NCBI GenBank assembly: GCA_973895155.1
Contig: OZ316899.1
Coordinates: 2,563,455-2,627,454 of the forward strand
DNA length: 64,000 bases
Origin: Marsupella aquatica
Taxonomy: Eukaryota; Plantae; Marchantiophyta
Direction of reading: 5' to 3'
Positions 1 to 13,336 of this stretch are shown here, piece after piece. Every line of letters starts with the position of its first letter. Position 1 is the first letter of the stretch. A program made the translations under genes and the position numbers. Under the pieces are notes generated by a model. It was not told the origin of the DNA, ran no database searches, and saw only the letters and a program-made list of their open reading frames with translations.

Positions 1-1256
1 AGATAGACCTGTGCCTTGCCGATCTCTACCCTCGGCAAGTTACAATGCATGGTCACCCGCAAGAAGTCGATCATCTCTCCTATGTGCGGGTTGGTGCAGG
101 TGTTCCGGAAGAAGCCATTCTTCGTTGATGGCCCAGGGAACGACCGGAACTCCTTGTCAGGCAAGGTCTTCCTGGTATCAACTTTGGTCTTATTGCCTAT
201 CGGCAAGCCAAACACTTCGGCAATTACCTTGGGAGTAAGATAGAAATCCTTCCCATATATCCTCGTGCAATTGGTCTCGGGTTCCCATGACCCCACGAAT
301 TCTAATAGGTCTGACTCCGGTACCTCCGGCTTCAGCCATGGTAATCTTACAAAGGCCTCTAAGCCGGATCCGGCCATGAAGCCTTGGTACTTCTTGGTCT
401 GCATGGCCGTGAAGCATGCATCCTCCTCCTGTGCAAAATGTAGTTGCACCTCCACCGGTAGGGTTGCCGCCCAGCCCTTCCAGGTGTCATCCCTGGTTGG
501 AATGGCCTTGATGGGATCTACCTCCTCCTCTTCGGCTTCTCCCTGCCTCCTGCTCTGCTACTCGGCTGGCTTCTTTGGTGCCGCCGACCTCGTTCTTTTT
601 GCCGGGGTGGCTTCATCGTTGATGGCTCCCTTCCTCTTCATCTCTGCTGCCGTGGAGGTTTCTCCTAGCACCGTTGCCTGGGTCCACCTTTCCGTGCTTC
701 CCTTTAATTCCCAGTGTATGTCGTTGCAGTTCTTGATGGCCTCTCGGATGCCGACGACGCTGTCTTTGCAAAACAGAAGATCGTCGAGTTGATTGGAAGT
801 AGGCGTCCACAGGAACTCGTCTTTGATGAGTTCGCCTCCTAAGAAAGCCGTCTTCTGCAGCTCCCACAATCGAGCGAGCTCCTGCCGTTCTCGAGCTGCC
901 CTTTCTGATTCCTCGTCTTCGTAAGTCTTGATGTACTCAGTTGCCCGTTCAAACAGGCATCCCCAGAAATGTGCCGCTTGATTGACGTTGCTCATACCCT
1001 CCTTAGGTCGATCGTCGGTATCTACTCTCTCCCCGAGTGCTTGCCTAAGCAGCTGACAGTAGTTGGCCTCCTATAGTCGTCTGCCTAGTTCGTGCTCACA
1101 AATGAGCCACCATCTCCTGCAAGCGCTCCTTACCCCTCTCCTCTGCCGGTCCTTCTTCCCGTTGATCCTTCCTAGCCGCCGACGCTTAACGCGCCCTAAC
1201 CCTAATCGGGTTTTCACCCTCAGCGTCCTTACCTCCGGCCTCGGCCCGGGTTCCAT
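1..1256 (-). pseudogene. N-terminal part of the family A LTR-encoded ORF (MEPGPRPEV...; one in-frame stop)
   Basis: ORF track 1071..1256 and 558..995 plus continuation match the 14253-17894 protein. Confidence 0.85.
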
Positions 1257-1371
1257 GGTTGCCCCTAATGGTTTATATTTTCCTTGTTTTGTCCCTATAC
1301 TAAGGTGTTCCTAGGGTGCCCTCCTGGTTTACCCACTTAACTGGCCGAGTGATTCCTGTCTAGGCATCACA
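1..1371 (-). mobile_element. Family A LTR, 5' (U3-start) part, truncated by the window edge; inserted into gag of element Z
   Basis: Ends ...TAGGCATCACA at 1371, the same terminus as at 18009, 21172, 50812 and (reverse) 27977. Near-identical to 16640-18009. Gag-like reading resumes right after 1371. Confidence 0.9.
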
Positions 1372-3366
1372 GGCCTCGGTTGCCTTGATGTCCTTATCGA
1401 TTGCTTTATGGTATTCCCGAGCTTCGTAGGCCTCCAACTATTTCTTTACCAATTCTTTGATGCGGGGATAAAATAGCTTTGGGTCGTCCCAACGGTAGTC
1501 ATCGTCCTTCTCTGGGGGTATATCTATCGCTGGATGCACTGGAGTAGTATCTTGCTTTTTCCTGCGTTTTTCTTCCTGTTTCTCTTCCTTCCGCTCGGCT
1601 CTTGTTGACACTCGGTAGCACTCAGCCTCGTCCGATGGATTAGGGTGCTCCGCCACGTCCACCAGATTTACCCACTTGGTGTTGTCATCTTGCCATTCCA
1701 CAGCAATCATTTGGACGACTGCATCGCTTGTGGCCGGTCCACCCTGGGCCGGTTTGCTTCGTTTGTTCGAGCGGCTATTACCAATGGACAGTTGGCTGTG
1801 GAGTGAGCTTCTGTTTTGCAGACTTGACATAGTGGTGTGCCTCGACCATCCCCCTGGCGTCTTGGTTTGGTGCATTCCCTCGCAAAGTGGCCTGGCTTCT
1901 CACAGTTGTAACAAACTGGGGATCGCCAAATCCCTGGCTTAGGAGGAATGCTCGGGTTACTGATAACTTGGAAACTTCTGCCATTGTTTGGGTAGGGGTA
2001 TGCATTTCTACCTCCTAAGTTACGCGGACCCACCGTTGAAATCTGATACACCAAATCAGGGGGATCTTCAAAGAAATACTCCGTGGACTCTGATTCAGGT
2101 CCCGGGTTGTCAACATCATCTAATTCCACCTGGTGGACTCGGTTCTTCCATCTTGGGCATTCCTGCACTACATGCCCGGATGGAAACACTTTGAACACCA
2201 CGCATGTGCTCGGGTCTCGGGTGGCTTCTTCTTCTCCGCAGGCTTTTCTGCAAGATGTACTGACAGTGCTTTGAGACAATTCGTGATTTTGTTAAGCTTG
2301 TCTGCTTCGGCGGCCTTTGGATCGGGTATCGTCTTTGAACACGGGGCTTGATTTTTCCCTCCTTCTTAACCCGCCTCTTCTTCTTTTTGCCCTGGCTCTC
2401 GCTCTCCAAATCACTTTCTGATGAGCTAGAAGTGGAGGATCCGCTGGTCGAAGTTGAATCCGAACTAGATTCTGTCTCTGAACTGGACGAGGTCGAATGA
2501 TGTTTCTTCTTCTTCTTGCGTTTCTTCTTCTTCTTGTCGTCTGATTCAGAGTCACTGTCACTGAAGGTCTTGTACTTGCCCTTCTTGCGGCGTGCCCGTT
2601 GGCTTTGCCGGGAGTTATAGGTGGACTCCCGGTAGGTTTTGGCGCACGCTATGGCTGCTTGCATTGAAATTGGGTTATTTTGGCGCACCCAGAATTGCAT
2701 ATTTGTGGGCAAACCATGGAGGAACCACGTAAGCTGGAGCGCGTCACCCGGCCTAGGCCGGATCTTGGCAGCAAGTTTTTGAAACTTCTGAATGAACTTT
2801 TGCAGGGACTCCTTCTTTCCCATGCAAAGCTGGCCGATCTTTAATAAAGAACGCTGCTCTGATCCAATGGCACGAAACTCTTGGAGCAACGCAGCTTGGA
2901 ATTGTGCCCATGTAGTCCCGGGTGGCAGCAAGTTGTACCATGGACAAGCTTCTCACCACATCACTCCGAGGAGGACGGTTAGCTTAATGGCGTCTTCCCC
3001 ATTGGCCTTAGCAGTGGCTTCAAACTCATCCAACCATTCATCCGGATCAACCCCATGACGCCCTTTGAAAGGTCGATAATGGAACCGCGACCGTTGTGAT
3101 ATTTGTGGGGGAGCTTGGGCAGCACGGGCCATAGCCGGTGGGGCGGCTTCCATAGGTACTGGTGGCGGTGGCGGTGCTGGTGGTGGTGCAACATGGACCG
3201 GAGTAGGACCGGCTGGACAAGACCCCGAAGGTCCCGGTGGTATGTTCATTTGTCGAGGTGATTGCGAGTCCTCCGAACCTGAAGAGTCGGAGCTTGTGGG
3301 GGTTGCACTCTCTCGTTTGATGGTCAATCTCCTCAAATAAGCTGCTTGAGAACGAGTGACGGGCAT
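1372..3366 (-). pseudogene. gag: gag of Ty3/gypsy element Z (capsid-like region, Lys/Ser-rich linker, CCHC knuckles), frameshifted
   Basis: MPVTRSQ start; FKGRHGVDPDEWLDEFE capsid motif; LTWFLHGLP; knuckles CYNCEKPGHFAREC and CQVCKTEAHSTANC; collinear with gag at 9781-11700. Confidence 0.9.
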
Positions 3367-3463
3367 TTACTTGTATAAATGCGATGGTTAGTAACTCACA
3401 AGGGCCTGGTGTATTCTGCCCAGGTGCACCTGCACATGTCTCCCCTCTACTATACGTAGAGTG

Positions 3464-3482
3464 CCCCCTCCATCTAGCACCA
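3464..3482 (-). promoter_or_regulatory. Primer binding site of element Z (tRNA-Asn-like)
   Basis: Minus strand TGGTGCTAGATGGAGGGGG just upstream of gag; one mismatch to the PBS at 11782-11800. Resembles the complement of the plant tRNA-Asn(GUU) 3' end as recalled (not database-checked). Confidence 0.75.
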
Positions 3483-4459
3483 AAAACAAAGGCTATGTCA
3501 CGCCGTCAGCCTAGACCTTAACCCGGGCTTTGGCTTAGACAGGCACATCCTTTGTTAAAATGAGGGTTCGGGCAGGGAGGGAGGCACGGAATGCACCTAA
3601 CTCACATAAACTAGTGCTAAGTGCGCCTATAGTCATATACGGACACCTCTTAGGTATGGTTTGTGTTCCGCCGCCGAAACGTACCTCAATCAATAGCAGG
3701 ATCGACCCCGGCTTACGGGCTTCTAAGCCTTCGTGTTGTCCACCTTTGATCCGGATTCGATGGTATGGGTACTCAACCCGGGCTCGCAACCACTCACCCG
3801 CAAGCTGCACCCCGTGCACAACTTGGGTAGTGCATTCGGCCAAGCATTGGCACCTATACACGAGATTCACACATATACATACGCACAAGCATACAATCTC
3901 GATTTACACGAAGGAAATGATGGGAAAGGATTTTACGACATAGGAGACATATGCGTACACTTAGTTGACCCGAAAGCTCTGGAATGAACAGGTCCGAGGC
4001 CGAGGGTGTACACTACAACGGAGCCCGGCTCCGCACTCGCCCAGCGAGCTTAGTCCTACACCCTCCCCTTGTACTCTTTCACTCCCAGAGGTCGGGACTC
4101 CCCGCACATACGGCGGATGTCCAACACTGAGACTAAAAATCCCCCCCCCCTTGCCTCTACCGAGGGGTGCACTAAATACTAAGGGCCGAGGAATGGAGTG
4201 CCCTTGCACCCAAAGATTCACTAACTAAGGTCCTAACTAAGCTGGCTGTCAGGCCAGAAAATGGCTTGTCTTATTAGAAGATCCTAATCTACGCAGGTTG
4301 TACAGCATGGCAGTGCTGCTTCAACTAGGGCAGGTGCTTGTCCCTATAGCCTAATTTAACTACTCCTACTCTATTTTAATCGTACTCTGCCGCTAATGCC
4401 TGGCACGCTTGCCAAAGCCGCCTGAGTGGGAGCGGCTATCCCGCTGCCTTTTGAGCCTG

Positions 4460-5740
4460 TGTGGTGCGTCCCATGGCTCCCTAAACCCAAGAAACCCCTC
4501 TGCTCAAGCCGATTCCCGCAGGTTTCGCTCTTGGCGAGGCCGATTTCGCGGCTTAGCGGCATGGGACGCTGCTAACTTCCTTCTACTACTATTGCTATTA
4601 ACATTTTACTCACATATACTGGACAGATCCTTCATCGGGTCATGAGATACGTAGCCGGCCTATTCTTGGCCTTCCCTTGTCCTCCTCTCTCGGTTTTCCT
4701 TTAGGTATGTTTGGATTCCGCCGCCGGAATGATCCCCAAGTGGCTTGGGTAAGCCGCTAAGACCTCTCTCAGCTCGACACATCCAACTCTTACTACCTTG
4801 CTTACTCCCTTCTTGGTTGATGCGGGCAATCTTCAAACAAGTTAATGCGACACACAAATAGCAAAATGACTCCTTCTGACTGAGTTATACCATGCACTTG
4901 CCATACAAACAGTACTTCTCATATACAAGATTTGCGAACTAAGCCGTGAGGCCAACTCTATTCATTTCTTAGGTATGAGGAAACATGAATATACACAAGG
5001 GTCACAGTATAACTAACCGAGACCTTCTTTAACTACTTGATCCCAGCCCTGCTGGTGCACTAAAAACTTGCTAAGGAAGAAGGCCCTCAACTCCCCGCTG
5101 CCCAGGTACTTATCCTAGTAGTGGATCCGCCTAATTCCTTGCAGCGTAAGCCTAATCTACCTAACTGTAATCTACCTATGTACAGCGAGGCAGGAGCACA
5201 AGTGTTGCTCTTACCAGTGGATCCGCAATCCCACTAAGCTAAGTGTCAGGGCCGCCCCTTGGTCCTGATCTTAATTTTAAACTTGGAGATCTGAGCCCGC
5301 CCTGCCCACTCACGCCTCCTCCCTCGACGTCCGCCCTCCTCAAAAGGAGCGGCCCTCCACCACCGTCATGGCAACGGTGTCTGGTCCTCAATGGACGCCC
5401 CCAACACTTCCTCCATAGCCACTACCCTAGGTCCGTCCTCTGACAGATTACCTGCTCCTGACCGAGTCAACTCTCCATCGGCCTGACTGGGTCCACCCTG
5501 GGCTTCGGCCTCAGCATCAGCATCGGTAGGTCCCAATGTACTCAGTTGCCCGTTCTAACAGGCATCCCAAAAAATGAGTAGCTTGATTGACGTTGCTCAT
5601 ACCCCTCTTGATCTGCTTCCACCCCGAGTGCTTGCCTGAGCAGCGGATAGCAGTTGGCCTCCCGTAGTCGTTTGCTTGGTTTGTGTTTGCAAATGAGCCA
5701 CCAGTCCTTGCGCTCGGTCCTTACCCCCCCCCCCCCTTGG
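4460..5740 (-). repeat. 3' LTR of element Y with two large deletions
   Basis: 4460-5526 matches 11805-12863. 5527-5740 matches the LTR-proximal part near 20730-20955. Joined directly to truncated integrase near 5763. Confidence 0.85.
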
Positions 5741-5762
5741 CCGTAGCCTATGCTGAGGCCGA

Positions 5763-8700
5763 GTGTAAAGTTTACCCGAGAACCTACTATACCTACTATC
5801 ATAAAGTAATACAAGATCTCCTGTGTGGATACTAACTGGTTTCAATCTTTTATCGTATTGCTGCTTCATGGTATTCTGTCTATATTCTACTCTCTCGGCT
5901 GAAATCATTCTTGCTTCTTCTAAAGCTTCTAATCTATATTCTCGCTCCTTTAGGCTTTCCTCCTCAGAGACTCTTTCCTCAATTGTAATTTGAAATGTGG
6001 GTATCTCAAGTTGCATGGGTACCAGAGCTTCTTGCCCAAAGGTTAAGAAAAAGGGTGTATGACCGGTAGTGGATTTATAGGCTAAATTGTAAGCAAAAAC
6101 AGCAGCAAACAATTTATCATCCCAATCGAGTTTGTTCTGAGCTATAGTTTTGTTTAATATTTTTCCTATAATCCCATTGGCTTGTTCTGTCAACCCATTT
6201 GCCTTTGGGTGGTAAGGAGTAGTAGGTCTATGTCTAACTAAATACTGCTTATTTAAACGACTAATTATATCAGTCAGAAAATGGGTTCCTCTATCACTAA
6301 CTAATTCTAAGGGTGCTCCATACCTGGTGAAGATCTGCTCATACATGAATCGAGCCGTAGTAATTGCGTCATCCTTCGTCGTCGGCCTGGCCTCCACCCA
6401 TTTAGTTGCATAATCCGTGGCCAGGATTATGTACTTGTTTCTCTGAGGATGGGTCAATGGTTTCAGAGGTCCCATGAAATCAATACCCCACTTCTTGAAT
6501 GGTGCCAGAGGTAGAATAGGGTGCAGAGGATGTCTTGTGGACGCCCTTGGTCCCCCCGCTCGTTGACAAGGATTGCATTGTTTGATAAATTGATAGACAT
6601 CTTTGTGCAATGTGGGCCACCAATAACCGGCATTTAATATCTTTTTAGACGTGGTTACTGGAGCAAAATGTCCGTCGGCTTCCTCCCCATGCATAGCCCA
6701 TAAGACTCGTTTTACCTCTCCCTTCTCCAAACACCTTTGAATCGTGCCGCTGATTCCATACCTGTGTAGCACACCCTTAATGTACTGATAAGTCTGACCT
6801 TCTGCAGAAAGACTACGGCTTGTTCTCGGGTTAGCCCTGGCTGTAATCTGGACGTGCTGAGAAATTGCAAAATCTCAGGGTACCATGTATCAGCTATTTC
6901 CACAACGAATAGCTCTTTGTCGGGAAATCGGTCATCGATGCAATCTATGGCAGGTTCACCTGTGATCCTTGAAAAGAAGTCGGCATTGGCGTGTAGCTTT
7001 TCCGGCTTGATTTTTAGCTCGTAGTCAAATTCCTGTAATAACAAAATCCATCTTGCTACCCTGCCTGTAAGGTCCGGCTTATTTACTAGGTATTTCAAAC
7101 TTTCATGATCGGTATGAAAGATTACTTTGTACCCTAGCAAATAATGCCTAAACTTTTTACATGAATAAATAACTCCTAAAGCTTCTCTTTCTGTGGTGGA
7201 GTAGTTCCGTTCGGCATCGGCAAGCTGGCGGCTTGCAAAGTATATGGGATGGTCCCTTCCTTTCTCATCTAACTGACTTAGTACTGAGCCAATACACAAG
7301 CCTGAGACATCTACGAAGACATGAAAATCTTTGTTCCAGTCTGGTGCTATCATGACTGGGGCCTCTACTAACTTTTGGTTTAATTCCACCACAGCTGTTA
7401 CTCTTTCTGCTGTGGGTTCAAAGTCTGCGCCTGCCTTGAGCATGTTGGTTAATGGTAAAGCTAGCTTGGCAAAATCCTTGATGAACCGGCAATAATACCC
7501 AATGCACCCATCAATGAAGGATCTCACATCTTTTATGTTTTTAGGTTGCATGATATCAAGCCATACTGCTAGCTTACCCTTGTCAATCTCAATGCCCTTC
7601 TTTGATACTTTGTGCCCTAGCAGCACACCTTCTGTTACTCCAAAGAAACATTTATCTGGGTGTAACTTGAGACCTACCTCTCTGCATCTCATGAAGGTCT
7701 TCCTTAGGTATTTAGCATGCTTCGATGCTTTCCCAAATACTGCAAAGTCATCAATGAAGATTTCCATGAACTTTCTCAAGTAGTCATGGAAAATGTTCAC
7801 TATTAATTGTTGGAACATAGCTGGTGCGTTGCAGAGTCCAAACGGCATACGATTGAAGACATAGATCCCCCATTCCGTGATGAAGGCCGTCTTGATTTGG
7901 TCCTCCTGCCTAATCCTGATTTGATTATAACCAGAGGACCCATCCATGAATGAGTATAATTCATGACTGGCTACCATGTCTAGTACCATATCAGTAAAGG
8001 GTAAAGGAAAATGGTCTTTTAACGTAGCCTCATTCAACTTCCTGTAATCCTGACAAACCCGGATCTTGGGTTTACCATCAGGTCCAGCTTTCTTGGGAAC
8101 TATCACAATTGAGACACCCAGTCTGAATGTAGGACTAGAGTGATGAATCCGGCTTCCACTAGTTTGTCGATTTCAGTTTTGACCATCAGGGAATACTTAG
8201 GGTTCATCCTTCGAATTGGTTGTCGAAATGATTTGGCCCCTAACATGAGATCAATTTGATGTTCTCCTAATTTTGGGTCTACTCCCTTCAGGTCTTGGTG
8301 ACTCCATGCGAACACATCCTGAAATTCAATCAGTAATTCACTGATTTCTTTCTCAAGCTCAGGTGCTAGGTCCGTCCCAAGTTTAGTTCCCTTTCCTTCT
8401 CCTAAGTCGAGCTTTTGGTATTGCCGTGCTTGGATCCTATTAATTTGCTTCTTTAAGTTTGGGTCCAATTCGGCTTCTAGCCTCTCCAGTCTCATACCTC
8501 CATAAACTGGAATCTCGTCCGTACTAGCCAAGTCGGTTTCTACCTGGTTATCCGCAGAGTGTCCCCTCGCCGGACTATTCGGTTTTGAATTGGTGATCGG
8601 TTTCCCTTCCGGCCTAGGCTCTGGTTTATTTCTGTGTATCTCATCCATTGTTGCCTCTTGAGGGTCAGGTCGATGTGCTCTTCCGACTTCTAATAGGGAC

Positions 8701-9780
8701 TCAATTTGTTCTGCCCTTGTAATCGGCTTGTATGCCAATTCCATGGTATTTACTTTATTGCCGACGGCGTTGTGGATCCTGCCGGCTCTGCCACAATGCC
8801 TGAGGAAAATCCATTGGCTTGGGTGCAGCTCCCCACTTAGCCATTTCATCCAACTGGTCCACTTTTTGTGCTTCCTCCGGAATTGAAGCTAAAAAGGTGG
8901 ACTCTATGGCAAAGTAGTCCTCGGTTTTGTCTTCATATTCCTCCAAGTCACTCTCCATAGGTTCTTGCCATAGTCCGCTGGGGGATACCTCTGGTCCAAA
9001 GATACTTTCTTCGGTCAGGTTAGTGAGGCATTCTAGCCAACGTACCTCATCTGCTGACTCCGGTCCATTGTCATACCCGTCTACCTCCCTAATGCTTCTC
9101 CTTCGGTCATCCTTGGTGTCCCAACATACCGTGATAGCGGGGTTTCCAAAAGTGAACTCCTTCTTCCCCCAATCCTCTATTACCTTGGCTAGATACAGCC
9201 ATGGTCTGCCAATCAATAGTCGAAATGACGTAGGGTTTACCGGCTTCATTACTACATAGTTAATGCTAAAGAAGATCCCTCCTATCTCAGTCTTGATGCC
9301 GGTTAACACTCCTGTGGGAATGACCTGATACCCATTGGCCATGTTCAACACTCTTCCAGTCATCTCCGGCGTTAGTCCCCATCCTTTTGCTGTTGAATCA
9401 ATCATAATGCATACCCCTGATCCTCCATCGATGGGTACCCTTAGTAATATTTCTCCTTGAATCATTAATGGTAGTGCGGGGGCTCCTTGATCTTCTTCTA
9501 TCATCAGCACATCGGATCTGGTTGCTACCTTGGGTAATCTCGGCTTACCGAGAATGGCCTTCCTTAACTGCTTTTGAAAGTACGGGCTATTTTTCAATAG
9601 TTGACCTACTGTTGCCGAGACTCTAGATTCTAGTACATCTTTAGCCAAGTCATAGGGGACTATCGGCTTCTCTTCTGCCGATGTCTCTGTATGGGCTTCT
9701 GCCGGTTTTTTCACGCTAGTTTCCACAGCCCTTGGATCCTCCAAAGCGAACAACGCTTTTGCTCATTTCACATCCTTAGC
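5763..9780 (-). pseudogene. pol: pol of element Y (protease, RT, RNase H, integrase), frameshifted
   Basis: IDGGSG protease; YRKLN, FMDGSSGYNQI, MPFGLCNAPA, FIDDF RT; FVDVS/NYSTTERE/TDHESL RNase H; HHCC plus WGIDFMGP, VSDRGTHF, TEQANG integrase. Confidence 0.95.
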
Positions 9781-11700
9781 TATGGCTTTGGTATTCTCCA
9801 GGGTTTCCAATTCTCGCAGTTGTTCCTTAACACTAGCCGTAATAGAGGGGTAAAACAACTTAGGGTGATCTCGATTGAAGTTGCTGTCCTGTGAAGGATT
9901 GGGCTCACTGGTGGGCTCATGGCTTACCTGTGTTGCCGGCGCCCTTCCTTCTCCTTCTGTTGATGTTGATGAAGAGTCAATCTTTTCTTCTTTAACCTTC
10001 CCTTTATTTTTGGCCAGCCCATCCCACCTTTCCTTCCTTCTGGTGGATCAAGTAGAGACCCGATAGCAATCATGATCTAAATCCTCTTCTGAAAATGTTG
10101 ATAGGGCCTCGGCCTCATCATCAGATGGTCCAAACTCTGCCTTGGCATCCACTTGCCATCCGAGTTTGATGTGGTTGATTTGAACTCCTCCTGGGGTAGT
10201 ACCCGGAGGCAAGACCTTGACCGACAAGAGCTTATGATTTGCGGCAAGTCCTGCCAACCAAGTAGGACATTGTCCTAGCATGTGACCTTCCTGTCGGCAT
10301 CCCATACATAGCTGAGCTGGTTGTCCATCACCTTGTTTGCGTGCATTCGGGCATTCTCTAGCAAAATGGCCAGGTTGACCACAATTATAGCATGCCGCAA
10401 ATCGTTGCACATTTGGCCTAGGAGGTACTGACGGATTTTGAATAATCCGAGGATACATTTCTCCCGGAGTGTTCCTTAATCCTGACTAGAGAGATGCAGG
10501 TCGGTTGGATAAGTCTCGTGCTCTAGTCTCACTGATGCCGAAAACACTATCAGCGGCATCCCCTAGAAAGTACTCTACTTCTCCCTGACATGGTCTGACC
10601 TCAGCCACATGCCGAACATGACTAGTATTAAGTTTAGGACATGCGTCTTTATGATGTCCGGTTTTATAACATAAGGCACACCATACCGAGCTATCCTCGA
10701 GTACTACCTTCTTCTTTGGTTTTACCTTTGCTATTATAGCTTTAAGCTGTTCGGTAAGAGCTACGATGTTATCTGGCGTTTTAGCTTCTAACTTGACTTT
10801 CAACTTCCCCCTCCTTCTACCCTTCTTTTTCCGAGATTTTTCTTCTTCAGAACTAGAAGATGACTCACTCTTGCTACCTCCGCTATCCGAGCTTGAGTTA
10901 TCACTTCTTGACTTCTTAGAATGTTTCTTTTTCTTATCTTTTTTCTTATGGGGTGATCCATCCTCCAATGAGGAACTCTCAGACTTTAGCTGTTTTTTCC
11001 GGTTTGTGATATCCGCATTAATGTATAATTGAATATCTCTAATTGCCTTGGCTAAAGTCTCTGGGTTCTCCTTTCTAATTGCAAAACTCATCTTCTATGG
11101 CAAAGCATTTACCAACCATTGAAGTTGCATACCTTTAGATGCATTGGTCTTTGTACGTCTTACCAGCTTTTGGAAGCGTTGCAAGAACTTTCTGAAGGAT
11201 TTGTTCTCCTTGAACTGAAGTCGTCCCAATTTCAGCACTGCTAGCTCTGAGGTTCCAATGGGTCAAAACTCCTTTACAAATAGTGATTTGAAGGTATGCC
11301 AAATGGCTTGATCTTCCACATCCAATGCTCTGTACCAAGGCCTAGCCTCACCCTTGAACAGGCCGGGAAGAATCTGCATCTTGATGGCCGATTCTCCATT
11401 TGCTGCAACGGTCCCTTTGAAGTCATCCAACCATTCATCCGGATCCTCATCTCCTCTTCCATGAAATGCCTTGTAATGAATGCGCGACCGTTGGCTCAGT
11501 CTGGTCCCAGGCCTCTCTTCTGGCCGTGCCTCTGGTTCCCCATGTCGGTTGGGGACTCACTTCTCCCTACCGACTCCTCTTCTAGTATGGCTTCTTCGAC
11601 GCCACTTTCAGTTACGGAATGACTAGCTCCTTCTGCCCCTCTTAGTTGTTGTGTATCATGCCACCCAGCGAGCTGCTACAGACGAACTCTCTCCCATTGA
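9781..11700 (-). pseudogene. gag: gag of element Y with three CCHC knuckles; start approximate
   Basis: Reconstructed FHGRGDEDPDEWLDDF motif; knuckles CALCYKTGHHKDAC, CYNCGQPGHFAREC, CMGCRQEGHMLGQC; several stops. Confidence 0.88.
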
Positions 11701-11781
11701 ATCACTCTTTCCTCCCTTAGCGTAGTTTCAGTCATTACCTACGTTTCCTCCCTGACTTCATATCTCACGGCTTAAGAAATG

Positions 11782-11800
11782 CCCCCTCCATCTAGCGCCA
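11782..11800 (-). promoter_or_regulatory. Primer binding site of element Y (tRNA-Asn-like)
   Basis: Minus strand reads LTR ...CCACA-TTTT-TGGCGCTAGATGGAGGGGG. Confidence 0.85.
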
Positions 11801-13336
11801 AAAATGTGGTGCATCCCATGGCTCCCTAAACCCAAGAAACCCCTCTGCTCAAGCCGATTCCCGTAGGTTTTGCTGTTGGCGAGGCCAATTTTGCGGCTTA
11901 GCAGCATGGGACGCTGCTAACTTCTTTCTACTACTATTGCTATTAACATTTTACTCACATATACTGGACAGATCCTTCATCGGGTCATGAGATACGTAGC
12001 CAGGCATTCTTGGCCTTCCCTTGTCCTCCTCTCTCGGTTTTCCTTTAGGTATGTTTGGATTCCGCCGCCGAAATGATCCCCAACTGGCTTGGGTAAGCCG
12101 CTAAGACCTCTCTCAGCTCGACACATCCAACTCTTACTACCTTGCTTACTCCCTTCTTGGTTGATGCGGGCAATCTTCAAACAAGTTAATGCGACACACA
12201 AATAGCAAAATGACTCCTTCTGACTGAGTTATACCATGCACTTGCCATACAAACAGTACTTCTCATATACAAGATTTGCGAACTAAGCCGTGAGGCCAAC
12301 TCTATTCATTTCTTAGGTATGAGGAAACATGAATATACACAAGGTCACAGTATAACTAACCGAGAGCTTCTTTAACTACTTGATCCCAGCCCTGCTGGTG
12401 CACTAAAAACTTGCTAAGGAAGAAGGCCCTCAACTCCCCGCTGCCCAGGTACTTATCCTAGTAGTGGATCCGCCTAATTCCTTGCAGCGTAAGCCTAATG
12501 TACCTAACTGTAATCTACCTATGTACAGCAAGGCAGGAGCACAAGTGTTGCTCTTACCAGTGGATCCGCAATCCCACTAAGCTAAGTGTCAGGGTCGCCC
12601 CTTGGTCCTGATCTTAATTCTAAACTTGGAGATCTGAGCCTGCCCTGCCCACTCACACCTCCTCCCTCGACGTCCGCCCTCCTCAAAAGGAGCGGCCCTC
12701 CACCATCGTCATGGCAGCCGTGTCTGGTCCTCAATGGACGCCCCCAACACTTCCTCCGTAGCCACTACCGTAGGTCCGTCCTCTGACAGATTACCTGCTC
12801 CTGACCGAGTCAACTCTCCATCGGCCAGATTGGGTCCACCCTCGGCTTCGGCCTCAGCATCGGCCAGGCCTCCCCGACATGTTCTAGTGATGGATCCGGT
12901 ACCCCGGCTTCATCACCGAGTATCCTGGCCCCGGCTTCATCATCCCCGCCTTCTAAGGTAGTTGGATCCTCTACCGTGACCCTGCCTGAGGTTGGTGTTG
13001 GGTTTACCTCCTTGGTCACGACGTCTTGAGGAGTCGTATTACTCCCTGACCCAGAAGGTTTCCGCTTCTTCTTCTTCTTTGGTTTGGCAGCTGGCCCCTT
13101 CCCCTTGCCACTTACCTCCGGCACCGGTGCGAGTGTCTCGGCTTGTCCTTCGGCCAGTACTATACCAGGTAACTTGGTTGCCCCAATTGGAGTTGGTCCT
13201 GAGGAAGCCAAGCACTTAAATACTATGGCCTGTTTCTTCAGCCGCCCCGTTTGGTTGTCGGCTCGGCACTGTAAGTTTTCCATCTTCCGCGTGCTTTCCT
13301 CCAACTCCTCCTGTAATTCATCCAGGTCCTTGCGTG

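Noticed and set aside
4460-4782. A short (~325 bp) LTR ending at GCTCGACACA, with the big ORFs as internal extra ORFs
   Set aside because: The TSDs (GCGTG, ACCCT, GCCTG) and the PPT at 27964 all put the LTR boundary at TGTGATGCC, 4.7 kb away; homology continues unbroken past 4782.
10486-10488. In-frame TAG inside gag as a programmed read-through site
   Set aside because: The equivalent region of Z gag has no stop and the context lacks a known read-through motif; more likely CAG-to-TAG decay.
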